Of a stretch of DNA of 64,000 bases, positions 20,487 to 29,554 are shown in pieces. Every line of letters starts with the position of its first letter. Positions within the stretch are counted from its first letter, which is position 1. The notes below the pieces were generated by a model. It did no database searches. It was not told where the DNA came from and saw nothing but the letters and a program-made list of their open reading frames with translations. Made by a program: the position numbers and the translations under genes. This DNA is from Phycisphaeraceae bacterium (GTDB taxonomy: Bacteria; Planctomycetota; Phycisphaerae; Phycisphaerales; Phycisphaeraceae), in contig OY771506.1 in assembly GCA_963674705.1 (NCBI GenBank), forward strand, positions 128,001-192,000, given 5' to 3'.

Positions 20487-20519
20487 CCCTCACCCCGGCC
20501 CTCTCCCGAGGGGAGAGGG
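20487..20519. repeat. 33-bp palindromic intergenic repeat CCCTCACCCCGGCCCTCTCCCGAGGGGAGAGGG
   Basis: Identical copies at 24961-24993 and 26696-26728; inverted variant at 25059-25091. Confidence 0.9.
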
Positions 20520-20573
20520 GGTTGAAGGCAAGACGACGAGAAAACGGGGTCTGACCCCGTTTTAGGGGAGGCA

Positions 20574-22052
20574 TCAGCCTTTTGCTTTGGTCGCGATCAG
20601 GTTGGGTTGGGTGGGTTTGATGGCGATGTTGGTGGGTTTGGCGGGGTGTGTGACGCTGCCGGGGCCGAAGCCGGGCATCATGGGGGCGAACTTGGCCGGC
20701 AGGTTTTTGCCGTTGGTGGCGACGACCTGTTTGTACCAGTCGTAGGAATCTTTAGGTGTGCGTTTGAGGGTCTGGAAGTCGACGTGGATGATGCCGAAGC
20801 GTTGGTCGTAGCCCCAGCCCCACTCGAAGTTATCCATGATGGACCATAGGAAGTAGCCGCGGACGTCGACACCGTCGTTCGCTGCTTCGCGCAGGGCGCA
20901 GAGGTGGCGGGCGACGTAGTCGATGCGGTGTGCATCGTGGACCTTGCCGTCCTGGTGGACCCAGTCCATGCCGGCACAGCCGTTCTCGGTGATGTAGATG
21001 GGCAGGCCGTAGCGTTCGTGGATGAATCGCGGGGCCCAGTAGAGTGCTTCGGGTGTGACGGGCCAGCCGATTTCGGTGTAGGGTCCGCCTGCGGGTGGCT
21101 GGACTCGCTGCGGGTTGCCGTTTTCGTCAGCGCGGACGTAGATGCACTGATAGATGTTAGCGCCGTAGAAGTCGATGGGCTGGTTGATGGTTGGCAGGTC
21201 TTGCTCGAAGTTTTCGGGCATGAGTGGGCCATGCAGTTTCAGGCCATCTTCGGGGTATTTACCGAGCAAGGCAGGGTCTGCGTACCAAGTGGTGTTGAAT
21301 AACCAGCCGGGCTCATCGCCGACGCGCAGGGTTGCTTTGCGCGCCGCGTCAATGTCCTGCGGGTTTTGCGTGGCGGGAATAGTTGCACAACCGACGACCG
21401 CCCAGCCGACCTGTGCTTCTTGTTTTGAGCGTTCGCGGATGACCTGCACCGCTTTGCCGTGCGCGAGCAGTGAGTGATGGATAACACGCAGGATGGATTG
21501 CGGGTCGTACTTCATGCCGGGCGCGTGCGTGCCGACGCTGTGGCCGTGGTCGATGTAGACCTGTGGTTCGTTGAGCGTGAACCAGTGCTTGACACGGTCG
21601 GACAATCGATCAACCACAATGCGTGTGTAATCAGCGAACCAGTCGGCCGAGTCGCGATTCAACCAGCCGCCTTGATTGAAAAGATGCAGCGGGAAGTCCC
21701 AGTGGAAGAGTGTGCACCACGGTTCGATGCCGCGTTCAAGTAATGCATCAATAAGACGATCATAAAACGCAAGGCCCTTCTCGTTTGGCTTGCCATCGAT
21801 ATCAACCACGCGGGGCCATGAGATAGACAAGCGGTATGCCTTGACACCGAGGTTGGCGATCAGGTCGGCATCTTCTTCGTAGCGGTGGTAATGATCGCAG
21901 GCGACCAGGCCGTTGTGTCCGCCGCGGACGGTGTTGGGCTTGTGGTCGAATGCGTCCCACACACTGGGCAGTCGGCCGTCGGTCTTGGCGGCGCCTTCGA
22001 TCTGGTAAGCGGCGGCGGCAACGCCCCACGTGAACGTATCGGGAAAGGTCAT
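20574..22052 (-). CDS. GH1 beta-glucosidase
   Basis: Start moved to MTFPDTFTWGVAAAAYQIEGA; catalytic TLNEP and ITENG motifs; WSIMDNFEW; no signal peptide. Confidence 0.95.
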   Translation of the reverse strand: MTFPDTFTWGVAAAAYQIEGAAKTDGRLPSVWDAFDHKPNTVRGGHNGLVACDHYHRYEEDADLIANLGVKAYRLSISWPRVVDIDGKPNEKGLAFYDRLIDALLERGIEPWCTLFHWDFPLHLFNQGGWLNRDSADWFADYTRIVVDRLSDRVKHWFTLNEPQVYIDHGHSVGTHAPGMKYDPQSILRVIHHSLLAHGKAVQVIRERSKQEAQVGWAVVGCATIPATQNPQDIDAARKATLRVGDEPGWLFNTTWYADPALLGKYPEDGLKLHGPLMPENFEQDLPTINQPIDFYGANIYQCIYVRADENGNPQRVQPPAGGPYTEIGWPVTPEALYWAPRFIHERYGLPIYITENGCAGMDWVHQDGKVHDAHRIDYVARHLCALREAANDGVDVRGYFLWSIMDNFEWGWGYDQRFGIIHVDFQTLKRTPKDSYDWYKQVVATNGKNLPAKFAPMMPGFGPGSVTHPAKPTNIAIKPTQPNLIATKAKG

Positions 22053-22210
22053 AAGCAAAAAATCCTCATTAGTGTGTTGAGAGTATACCAGCGTGAGCAT
22101 GGTTTTCAATGTGTTTCAGTTGTTTCAGTGCAAAGAAACATAGTTTTTTAAGCCAATAAACGGATTTCTCTTGACGCGCCCATGAATCGCCTGTAATTTG
22201 TTGTGAGTTG

Positions 22211-22239
22211 TTTGCAACAAATGCTTTGTTTGTTGCAGA
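22211..22239. promoter_or_regulatory. Inverted repeat in the divergent GH1/lacI promoter; candidate operator
   Basis: TTTGCAACAAA-N7-TTTGTTGCAGA. Confidence 0.45.
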
Positions 22240-22275
22240 TTCATTTCAGACCCCGAGGCTTGGAGGCTTCTGAAC

Positions 22276-23328
22276 GTGAGCACCGTACGAGACATCGCTG
22301 CCAGCGTAGGCGTTTCCCCGGCGACCGTTTCCAGGTCGTTGAACAACCCGAACGTCGTCAGCCGTACCATTCGCGAGCGCGTCCTGCGTGAGGCCGAACG
22401 GCTGGGCTACCGCCACTATTCCGAGAAGCGAACGACCATGCGAAGCATCGGCATGCTGTACCTGGATGAAACGCCCGGCGGGCAGTACGTCGGTTATGAC
22501 GCGCTGATCTGGGGCGGCGTGATCCGTGCGGCCCAGGCATTAAAGGTCAATGTCGTGGCGCTGAACCCGCTGACACGGCGTGAGGGTGAATCGTTCGAGA
22601 AGTTTGCCGAGCGGATGGGGGTCGATGGGCTGGTCGTGCGTGTGGATCAGCAGAGTCGGCATCTATGTAAAGAGATCGCAGAGGACGGCGTGCTTCATGT
22701 CGTCGTCGCCGACCGTTTCGATGAGCCGGACATTAACTACATCCATTGCGATTCCAACACCGCATCCCAGGCGGCGATCAATCACCTGATCGAGCTGGGG
22801 CATACAACGATCGGCATCTGCCACAACGTCGTGATCGATACGGATCACCAGGACCGGATCGATGGGTATTACTCGGCAATCAAGCACGCGGGGATCGAGG
22901 TTGATCCACGTTTGCGCGTGCCGGCGACACCCGATCTGGATGGCGGCAGCGCGGCGCTGACACAGTTCCTTTCCATGTCCAAGCCCCCCACCGCGATCTT
23001 TGCGACGGACCCGATGCTTGCCGTCGGGATCACACGCCGCGCGCACGAGCTTGGATTGAAGGTGCCGGACGAGATGTCGGTGGTCGGTGTGGATGACGGG
23101 GATATGCGCAGGATCTCGCTGCCCTGCTACACAGCGATACGCCAGGATGCGACGGAGATCGGCTTCCGCGCCGGTCAATGGATCTGCCGGTCGATCCGTC
23201 ACGACTCGGCGGCGGGTGAGAATCTGCAGCTTCGGTTGGAAGCGTTTTTGGAGATCAATCAGTCGACCGCCCCGCCGCCGGCGACGCCCGTGCGGATGAC
23301 GCCGAACGGGACGCGGATAAATAACTGA
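22276..23328 (+). CDS. LacI-family transcriptional regulator
   Basis: STVRDIAASVGVSPATVSRSLN HTH; HLIELGH, VPDEMSVVGVDD. Confidence 0.93.
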   Translation: MSTVRDIAASVGVSPATVSRSLNNPNVVSRTIRERVLREAERLGYRHYSEKRTTMRSIGMLYLDETPGGQYVGYDALIWGGVIRAAQALKVNVVALNPLTRREGESFEKFAERMGVDGLVVRVDQQSRHLCKEIAEDGVLHVVVADRFDEPDINYIHCDSNTASQAAINHLIELGHTTIGICHNVVIDTDHQDRIDGYYSAIKHAGIEVDPRLRVPATPDLDGGSAALTQFLSMSKPPTAIFATDPMLAVGITRRAHELGLKVPDEMSVVGVDDGDMRRISLPCYTAIRQDATEIGFRAGQWICRSIRHDSAAGENLQLRLEAFLEINQSTAPPPATPVRMTPNGTRINN

Positions 23329-23373
23329 GCTTGAGCGAAACACCATTCGCCTACCACGAAGAGGAACCAAGAC

Positions 23374-24120
23374 GTGTCTAAGCGTGCATTTACATTGATT
23401 GAGCTGCTGGTGGTCATTTCGATCATTGCGCTATTGGTGGGGATATTGCTGCCGGCGTTGGGTGCTGCGAGGCGCAGCGCGCAGGCGGTGGCGTGCAAGT
23501 CGAACGTGCGGCAGGAGCTGACCGCGATCGCGTTATTTACGAACGATCATAAAGAAGAGCTGCCCGTTGCGGTGAGTTACGATCCGGAAAAAGGCACGGC
23601 CCAGAGTGTGATGAACGATGAGGTGGAGTACATCCACCACATCCTCATCCCCTACATCGGCGGCGGCGAAGACACGGGCGAATACACCGAAACGTTCCGC
23701 TGCCCGTCGCGCGAATCTAACGGCAGCCCGGCGAACTTCCCGGACCTGGAAGACGAACTGCACACGCATTACCGCTACAACTGGCAGGCGGCGTACTACC
23801 GGTTCAACATCCAGGCGGCGCTGCTCGGTTTCCCCAGCGCTCAGAAAGACCTTGTGCAGAAGCTGGGTGCGATCGAGGACCCGGTGAAAGCGGTGTTCGT
23901 GTACGACACGGTCTGGCCCGGCTGGGAGGATCGTGAGTTCGTACACAACGAAGGGATCAACGTCGGCTACGCCGATGCGCATGTGAGTCAGTTGACTGCA
24001 GAGGAATACAAAGAGCTTTCGCCATACGGCGCTGCGAATAATCCGTACGCACCGGAATGGCCCAACAAGTTTTTGAATGATGGTTGGCCTTACCCGGAAG
24101 TCAATCAGAAGAAGAATTGA
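23374..24120 (+). CDS. Prepilin-type N-terminal cleavage/methylation protein (DUF1559 family, H-X9-DG-like tail)
   Basis: [25 protein letters not shown]...[22 protein letters not shown]. Confidence 0.9.
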   Translation: MSKRAFTLIELLVVISIIALLVGILLPALGAARRSAQAVACKSNVRQELTAIALFTNDHKEELPVAVSYDPEKGTAQSVMNDEVEYIHHILIPYIGGGEDTGEYTETFRCPSRESNGSPANFPDLEDELHTHYRYNWQAAYYRFNIQAALLGFPSAQKDLVQKLGAIEDPVKAVFVYDTVWPGWEDREFVHNEGINVGYADAHVSQLTAEEYKELSPYGAANNPYAPEWPNKFLNDGWPYPEVNQKKN

Positions 24121-24190
24121 TAAATCTGCCGGTTGATTGTGATTGGAAGATCTTGGAGGACACTTCATGTTAATCAGAAGGGAGAAACGT

Positions 24191-24808
24191 ATGACGAGGA
24201 CTACGAGATGGATGGTAGCCGCGGTTTCCACGGCCGCGCTGTTGAGTTTGGGAACGCATTCGGCTTCGGCGGAGTTGCTGACCAACCCGGGCTTTGAAGA
24301 CACGAACACGGATGGCAACTACGGCGACGGCTGGGGCAGCTTCGGCTCGGCCGGTTTCCACGCGTTTTTCGGCGCCAACGGCCACGCCAGCTTCTTCTCC
24401 GATGGCAACGGCAACTGGGGCGGCGTGTACCAGCAAGGTATCGCTGCAACGCCCGGCCAGTCTTTCCAGTTCGACCTGACGGATGTACGGATCGAATCAA
24501 ACACGAACGCGAACTATCGCTTCGGGCTCGAGTACTACCAGGCGGACGACGGAACGAAGATCGGCGAAGACATCGTGCCGATGTCGCTGGCGGTGACTGG
24601 CGACGGATTGGCGTTCAGCATGAGCGCGACCGCACCGAACGATCCGCTGCTTGCTTATGTCCGACCGATCATTTTGTTTGATAACGCGGTGTCGGCCGGC
24701 CAGGGACAGGAAAACGTGTTTGTGTTTGATGCATCACTGACACCCGAGCCCGCGAGTATGGGGCTGTGTGTTGTGGGTGGTTTGGCGTTACTGGCGCGGC
24801 GTAAATAA
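24191..24808 (+). CDS. PEP-CTERM protein with one CBM-like jelly-roll domain
   Basis: Start moved to MTRTTRW; LLTNPGFED...GDGWGSFG; TPEPAS...RRK. Confidence 0.8.
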   Translation: MTRTTRWMVAAVSTAALLSLGTHSASAELLTNPGFEDTNTDGNYGDGWGSFGSAGFHAFFGANGHASFFSDGNGNWGGVYQQGIAATPGQSFQFDLTDVRIESNTNANYRFGLEYYQADDGTKIGEDIVPMSLAVTGDGLAFSMSATAPNDPLLAYVRPIILFDNAVSAGQGQENVFVFDASLTPEPASMGLCVVGGLALLARRK

Positions 24809-24960
24809 TCCTCAGCAAGCAACCCCCGTGGCCGTGAAAAACTGGTCACGGGGCGCGCGACCCGGCGGGTCGCGGCTAAAAACGATGGATTCGTAGGTCC
24901 GGGCCTGCCCGGACATGGTGCGGTGAGAGGTGTGACACATCGGAAACGAAAGGAACCCGG

Positions 24961-25091
24961 CCCTCACCCCGGCCCTCTCCCGAGGGGAGAGGGAGTGAAT
25001 CGAATAGATATCGCTTTGGATAATGAATCAATAGGTGTAAATAGTGATGGCGTTCATCCCCTCTCCCCTTGGGAGAGGGCAAGGGTGAGGG
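24961..25091. repeat. Inverted pair of the CCCTCTCCC/GGGAGAGGG repeat around an AT-rich spacer
   Basis: Copy at 24961-24993 and reverse-orientation variant at 25059-25091. Confidence 0.8.
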
Positions 25092-25237
25092 CCTGGTGGA
25101 TTGTGTAACCGGAAAACAAGAGCACTGGTACTACTCAAACAGAGATACGATTGAAAACCCTGGTTTTAATTCTTAATCCGTGTTCATCTGTGTTCATCCG
25201 TGACTAAATAATGATGCATAACAGCAAAGGAAGTGAG

Positions 25238-26581
25238 ATGATTAAATCGACAGTATTGAGCGCGTTGATCGGGTTGGCGCTGGTCAGTCCCGCGCATGCG
25301 ATGACCAACATTCTGGTGAACCCGGGATTTGAAGACACGGACGCGGTGCCGGACGGTCAGTTTGGCGACGGTTGGGGCGCCTGGGGTGCTGCAAGTTTTA
25401 ATGACTTCTGGAGCGGCAACGGGCATGCGAGCCTGTACCCTGACACCGTCGGCAACATCGGCGGTGTGTATCAGTTGGCGATCCCCGGTACGGCGGGCAC
25501 AACGTATCAGTTCGACCTGCTGGACACGCGGATCGAAGCGAGCTTCGATGCGTCGCTCCGCTTTGGCTTGGAGTATTACGCGGCCGACGACGCGACGAAA
25601 CTCGGTGAGACGATCGTTGAGATCGACGCGGCGACAAGGCTTGGGCTGTCGAATGTCGGCGGCGACGGCGCGGTGAACGCGGCGGTGTTCAGCATGCAAG
25701 GGACGGCAGTGGTTGGGACGGTGTATGTCAGGCCAGTCATTTCGTTTGATGATGTGAACCCGGCGTATATCCAGCAGAGCCAGGCGAACGTGTTCGTGTT
25801 CGATTCGTACATGGCGGAGGTCCCCGCGGCGGGCGGCGAGCTTGCGAAGAACCCGGGATTCGATGATGAGAACGGCGACGGCAACCTCGGCGATCGTTGG
25901 GGCGCCTATGGCAACACCGGCTTCAATGCGTTCTTCGGCGATAACCCGCACGCCAGCTTCTTTGCAGATTACGTCGGTAACAGCGGCGGCATCTACCAGC
26001 AGGCGATGCTCGGCACGCCCGGCACGGAGTACACCTTCGAGCTGACCAACGTGCGCATCGAGGACAACTGGGACGCCGACCTGCTGTTCGGGTTCGAGTT
26101 CTACGGCGACGACGACTTTACGAAGATCGGCGAGCTGCTGGTGACCGCGGACACGAGTGTGACCGGTGATGGGCTGTTTTTCGAGATGAGCGCGACCGCG
26201 GTTGCGGGCACGAAGTACATCCGGCCGGTGATCCTGTTTGATAACGTGAATCCCGCATATATCGGCGAGAGCCAGGCGAACTTGTTTATCTTCACCACGT
26301 CGGTGAGTGAAACCGTGAACGCACTGCCGGGCGATCTGAACGGCGATGGGTTTGTCGGGCTTGACGACCTTGACATCATCCTCAGCGCGTGGAACCAGAA
26401 CGTCCCGCCGGCCAACAGCGCGGCCGACCCGAGCGGCGATGGGTTTGTCGGATTGGATGACCTAGACATCGTGCTGAATCATTGGAATGAAGGCACGCCG
26501 CCTGCAAGCGTGGTGCCCGAGCCGGGGACGCTGGCGCTGCTAGGATTGATGGGCGCGGCAGGTTTGCGTCGGCGGAGTTAG
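25238..26581 (+). CDS. PEP-CTERM protein with two tandem CBM-like domains and a dockerin-like module
   Basis: Start moved to MIKSTVL; two copies of the NPGF(E/D)D...WGA(W/Y)G domain also found in 24191-24808; GDLNGDGFVG; VPEPGT. Confidence 0.85.
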   Translation: MIKSTVLSALIGLALVSPAHAMTNILVNPGFEDTDAVPDGQFGDGWGAWGAASFNDFWSGNGHASLYPDTVGNIGGVYQLAIPGTAGTTYQFDLLDTRIEASFDASLRFGLEYYAADDATKLGETIVEIDAATRLGLSNVGGDGAVNAAVFSMQGTAVVGTVYVRPVISFDDVNPAYIQQSQANVFVFDSYMAEVPAAGGELAKNPGFDDENGDGNLGDRWGAYGNTGFNAFFGDNPHASFFADYVGNSGGIYQQAMLGTPGTEYTFELTNVRIEDNWDADLLFGFEFYGDDDFTKIGELLVTADTSVTGDGLFFEMSATAVAGTKYIRPVILFDNVNPAYIGESQANLFIFTTSVSETVNALPGDLNGDGFVGLDDLDIILSAWNQNVPPANSAADPSGDGFVGLDDLDIVLNHWNEGTPPASVVPEPGTLALLGLMGAAGLRRRS

Positions 26582-26596
26582 ACAGGAAGAATTTAG

Positions 26597-26670
26597 CCAC
26601 GGATGGACACGGATGAACACAGATAAGAAATGAGTTTTCTTTATCCGTGTTTATCAGTGTTCATCGGTGG
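26597..26670. repeat. Hairpin of 10-bp periodic CACGGATGAA-like units
   Basis: CCACGGATGGACACGGATGAACACAGATAA...TTATCCGTGTTTATCAGTGTTCATCGGTGG; half copy at 25176-25202. Confidence 0.75.
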
Positions 26671-26695
26671 TTTATAGAATGCATAGGGAACTCGG

Positions 26696-26728
26696 CCCTC
26701 ACCCCGGCCCTCTCCCGAGGGGAGAGGG
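26696..26728. repeat. Third identical copy of the 33-bp palindromic repeat
   Basis: Identical to 20487-20519. Confidence 0.9.
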
Positions 26729-26757
26729 AGTTAAGAAATGCGTTTCGCAGGGATCAT

Positions 26758-28455
26758 ATGTTTAAGAAGTACCAGGTCATGGCGGTAGCAACGGCGGTAA
26801 CACTACTGGCTTCGGCTCATCGGGCCGACGCGGCGGTTCAGGTCTGGCTGACAAAAGGCAATCAGACAAAACTGCTGTCGCAGGAAAGTGATCTGTCTTT
26901 CTCGGCGGGGCCGGGTTCGTATTCGACGAAGGTGAACGTCGATGCTTCGACAACATACCAGACGATGTCGGGCTTCGGCGCGGCGATGACAGATTCGTCG
27001 GCGTGGCTGTTGCAGAACGAGTTGAGCACATCGCAGCGCGACGCGTTGATGGAGCAGTTGTTCTCCCCTACGACGGGGATCGGCATCAGCTACCTGCGTG
27101 TGCCGGTCGGGGCGTCGGACCTGTCGCTGTATCCGTATACCTATAACGATCAATCCTGGGGGCAGACGGATGTGGATCAGTCGGACTTTTCGATCGCGCA
27201 TGATGTGCCTTACATCATCCCGTCGCTGTTGCAGGCGAAGTCGATCAACCCGCAGCTTGGCATGATGGCTTCGCCCTGGAGTGCGCCGGCGTGGATGAAG
27301 ACAAATAACTCGCTGATCGGCGGGTCACTTAAGAGCGAATACTACGAGAGCTACGCGGATTACCTGGTGAAGTTCTTCCAGCGGTATCAGGCACACGGTC
27401 TGAGTTTCGACACGATGACGGTGCAGAACGAACCCTTGCACGGAGGCAATCATCCGTCGATGACGATGAGCACCTATCAGCAGAGCACGTTCATCGGCGA
27501 TCACTTTGGGCCGGCGATGGACGCGGCGGGGATCGACACGAAGATCATCGCGTATGACCATAACTGGGATAACTGGAATTACCCGGTCGTGGTGATGAAC
27601 GACCCCGAAGCGGGGCAGTACGTGAGCGGCGCGGCGTTTCACGGTTACGGCGGGACGGTCGATCAGCAGTCGAACTTCCACGACTTCTTCCCGGATGCGG
27701 GGATTTACTTCTCCGAAATCTCCGGTGGGACCTGGGCGACCAACTTCTCCGACAATTTGATGTGGAACATCGAGAACATCATCATCGGTTCGACGCGCAA
27801 CTGGGCGAAGACGGCGATCTTCTGGAACCTGGCGCTGGATGAAAACAACGGGCCTTACCTTGACGGCGGGTGCAGCGGCTGCCGAGGTGTGGTGACGATC
27901 GATACATCGGACGGCAGCGTTGAGTACAACGAAGAGTATTACAGCATCGCGCATGCGAGTAAGTTCGTACAGCCGGGCGCGGTGCGGATCGATTCGGATA
28001 CGTTTGATAACGTGATCGAGACGGTGGCGTTTATGAACCCGGACGGGTCGCGCGTGTTGATCGCGCTGAACCCGACGAATTCATCGCGCTGGTTTGATGT
28101 GGTTGAAGAAGGCGAATCGTTTTCGTATCGGTTGACTTCTAAGTCGGTGGCGACGTTCGTCTGGCCGGGCGTTGTGCCGGTGGCAGGTGATATTGATGGG
28201 GATGGATTCGTAGGCTTGAGCGATCTGGATATTGTGTTAAGCAACTGGAACCAGAGTGTTCCGCCGGGCGATGCAAGTGCGGATTTGTCAGGCCCGAGCG
28301 GTGACCCGGACGGGTTTGTCGGGCTGGACGATCTGGATGTGGTGCTGGCCAACTGGAACGCCGGCACGCCTGCGGGCGACAGCACGAACATCCCCGAACC
28401 GACGGCGTTTATGTGTATGGGATTGCTTGGCGCTGGGTTGATGCGCCGGGGGTGA
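26758..28455 (+). CDS. GH30 glycoside hydrolase (beta-1,6-glucanase/glucosylceramidase-like) with dockerin-like module and PEP-CTERM
   Basis: Start moved to MFKKYQV; YQTMSGFGAAMTDS, ASPWSAPAWMKTN, TVQNEP (acid/base), YDHNWD, YFSE (nucleophile), HASKFVQPGA; IPEPTA. Confidence 0.9.
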   Translation: MFKKYQVMAVATAVTLLASAHRADAAVQVWLTKGNQTKLLSQESDLSFSAGPGSYSTKVNVDASTTYQTMSGFGAAMTDSSAWLLQNELSTSQRDALMEQLFSPTTGIGISYLRVPVGASDLSLYPYTYNDQSWGQTDVDQSDFSIAHDVPYIIPSLLQAKSINPQLGMMASPWSAPAWMKTNNSLIGGSLKSEYYESYADYLVKFFQRYQAHGLSFDTMTVQNEPLHGGNHPSMTMSTYQQSTFIGDHFGPAMDAAGIDTKIIAYDHNWDNWNYPVVVMNDPEAGQYVSGAAFHGYGGTVDQQSNFHDFFPDAGIYFSEISGGTWATNFSDNLMWNIENIIIGSTRNWAKTAIFWNLALDENNGPYLDGGCSGCRGVVTIDTSDGSVEYNEEYYSIAHASKFVQPGAVRIDSDTFDNVIETVAFMNPDGSRVLIALNPTNSSRWFDVVEEGESFSYRLTSKSVATFVWPGVVPVAGDIDGDGFVGLSDLDIVLSNWNQSVPPGDASADLSGPSGDPDGFVGLDDLDVVLANWNAGTPAGDSTNIPEPTAFMCMGLLGAGLMRRG

Positions 28456-28534
28456 TGGACATATTTCAATGCATATGTGACCCGACCAGGATGGTCGGGC
28501 TATATGTGTAAATTTTTTGTGCGTCGAGCGCGAG

Positions 28535-29554
28535 TTATTCGATGGCTTTTCGCAGCATGTCACGCCATGCGAGGCCGTCTTCGGTGAGGTCGATGCCTTG
28601 CGGCCGATCGGGCGCGTAACGCGCGACCATGTTCAGCGGGATGGGCGGCATCTGTCGCGGATGGATGGGGCGCGTGAGCATCCACTTCGGATCGCCGGGC
28701 GTGGCGAAGACGGTGTTGCAGACGAGGCCGACGCCGTGACCGTCTCGGACATAGTTGAGGATGGTCAGCCAGCCACCGGTCTGGATCAACAGTTCGGGCT
28801 TGGATGAAGAAGCGTATCGCTGCAAGGCTTCATCAAAGTCCCGGCGGGTGCGCGAGTCGGGCTCGGGCGTGAGTAAGGGGAATTCGCAGACCTGTTTGAG
28901 CGTGATCGGTTTCTTCTTGGGAAGCTGTTTGAAGTCCTTCGCCCATGGGCTGGTCTTGGCGCAGACGAGGCTGTAGCCGAAGCGCATGAGTTCTTCGACG
29001 TAGAGCTCGGTTCGCGCGATCTCGTTGACTTCCTGTTCGGAGTAGCTGACCAGCGCCAGATCGAGCGCACCGCTTGCGACGCCCTCGATGGGCTGCGGGC
29101 CGCGCATGGTGCTGATGCGGATCGGGCTGTCGGGGTGCGACTTGCGGAAGAGTTTGAGTGCGAGGCGGACCAGGTCGGACGTGGTGGATTGCCCGCAGGC
29201 GAAGCGGACGACCGGGTGCTGCACAGGCTTGGTGAGTGTGTAGCCGTAGAGCGTGTGGTAGCGTTCGATCAGGTCGCGTGCACCGGGCAGGACGCGCTTG
29301 CCTTCTTCGGTGAGTTTCCATGTCTTGCCTTCACGCACGATCCACGGCCGCTTGAGCACCTCGCCGGGCTGGTTGAGGTGGGCCATGCGTTTGGACATGC
29401 TTGGTTGATTGATGTCTAACGCGCGCGCAGCCTGGCCTGCATCTCCGTCGTGCTGGATAAGCGTGACGAAGGTTTCGAGTAGTTCGATCGATAGTGTGGT
29501 TGACCTTGGCACTTCGTTTTTCGTGTTACCGTTGTCGTTGAAGTCGGATTCCAT
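28535..29554 (-). CDS. LysR-family transcriptional regulator
   Basis: IELLETFVTL...AARALDINQPSMSKRM HTH, LTEEGK, substrate-binding domain (GALDLALV, VRDGHGVGLV). Start uncertain (29554 or track 29599). Confidence 0.85.
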   Translation of the reverse strand: MESDFNDNGNTKNEVPRSTTLSIELLETFVTLIQHDGDAGQAARALDINQPSMSKRMAHLNQPGEVLKRPWIVREGKTWKLTEEGKRVLPGARDLIERYHTLYGYTLTKPVQHPVVRFACGQSTTSDLVRLALKLFRKSHPDSPIRISTMRGPQPIEGVASGALDLALVSYSEQEVNEIARTELYVEELMRFGYSLVCAKTSPWAKDFKQLPKKKPITLKQVCEFPLLTPEPDSRTRRDFDEALQRYASSSKPELLIQTGGWLTILNYVRDGHGVGLVCNTVFATPGDPKWMLTRPIHPRQMPPIPLNMVARYAPDRPQGIDLTEDGLAWRDMLRKAIE

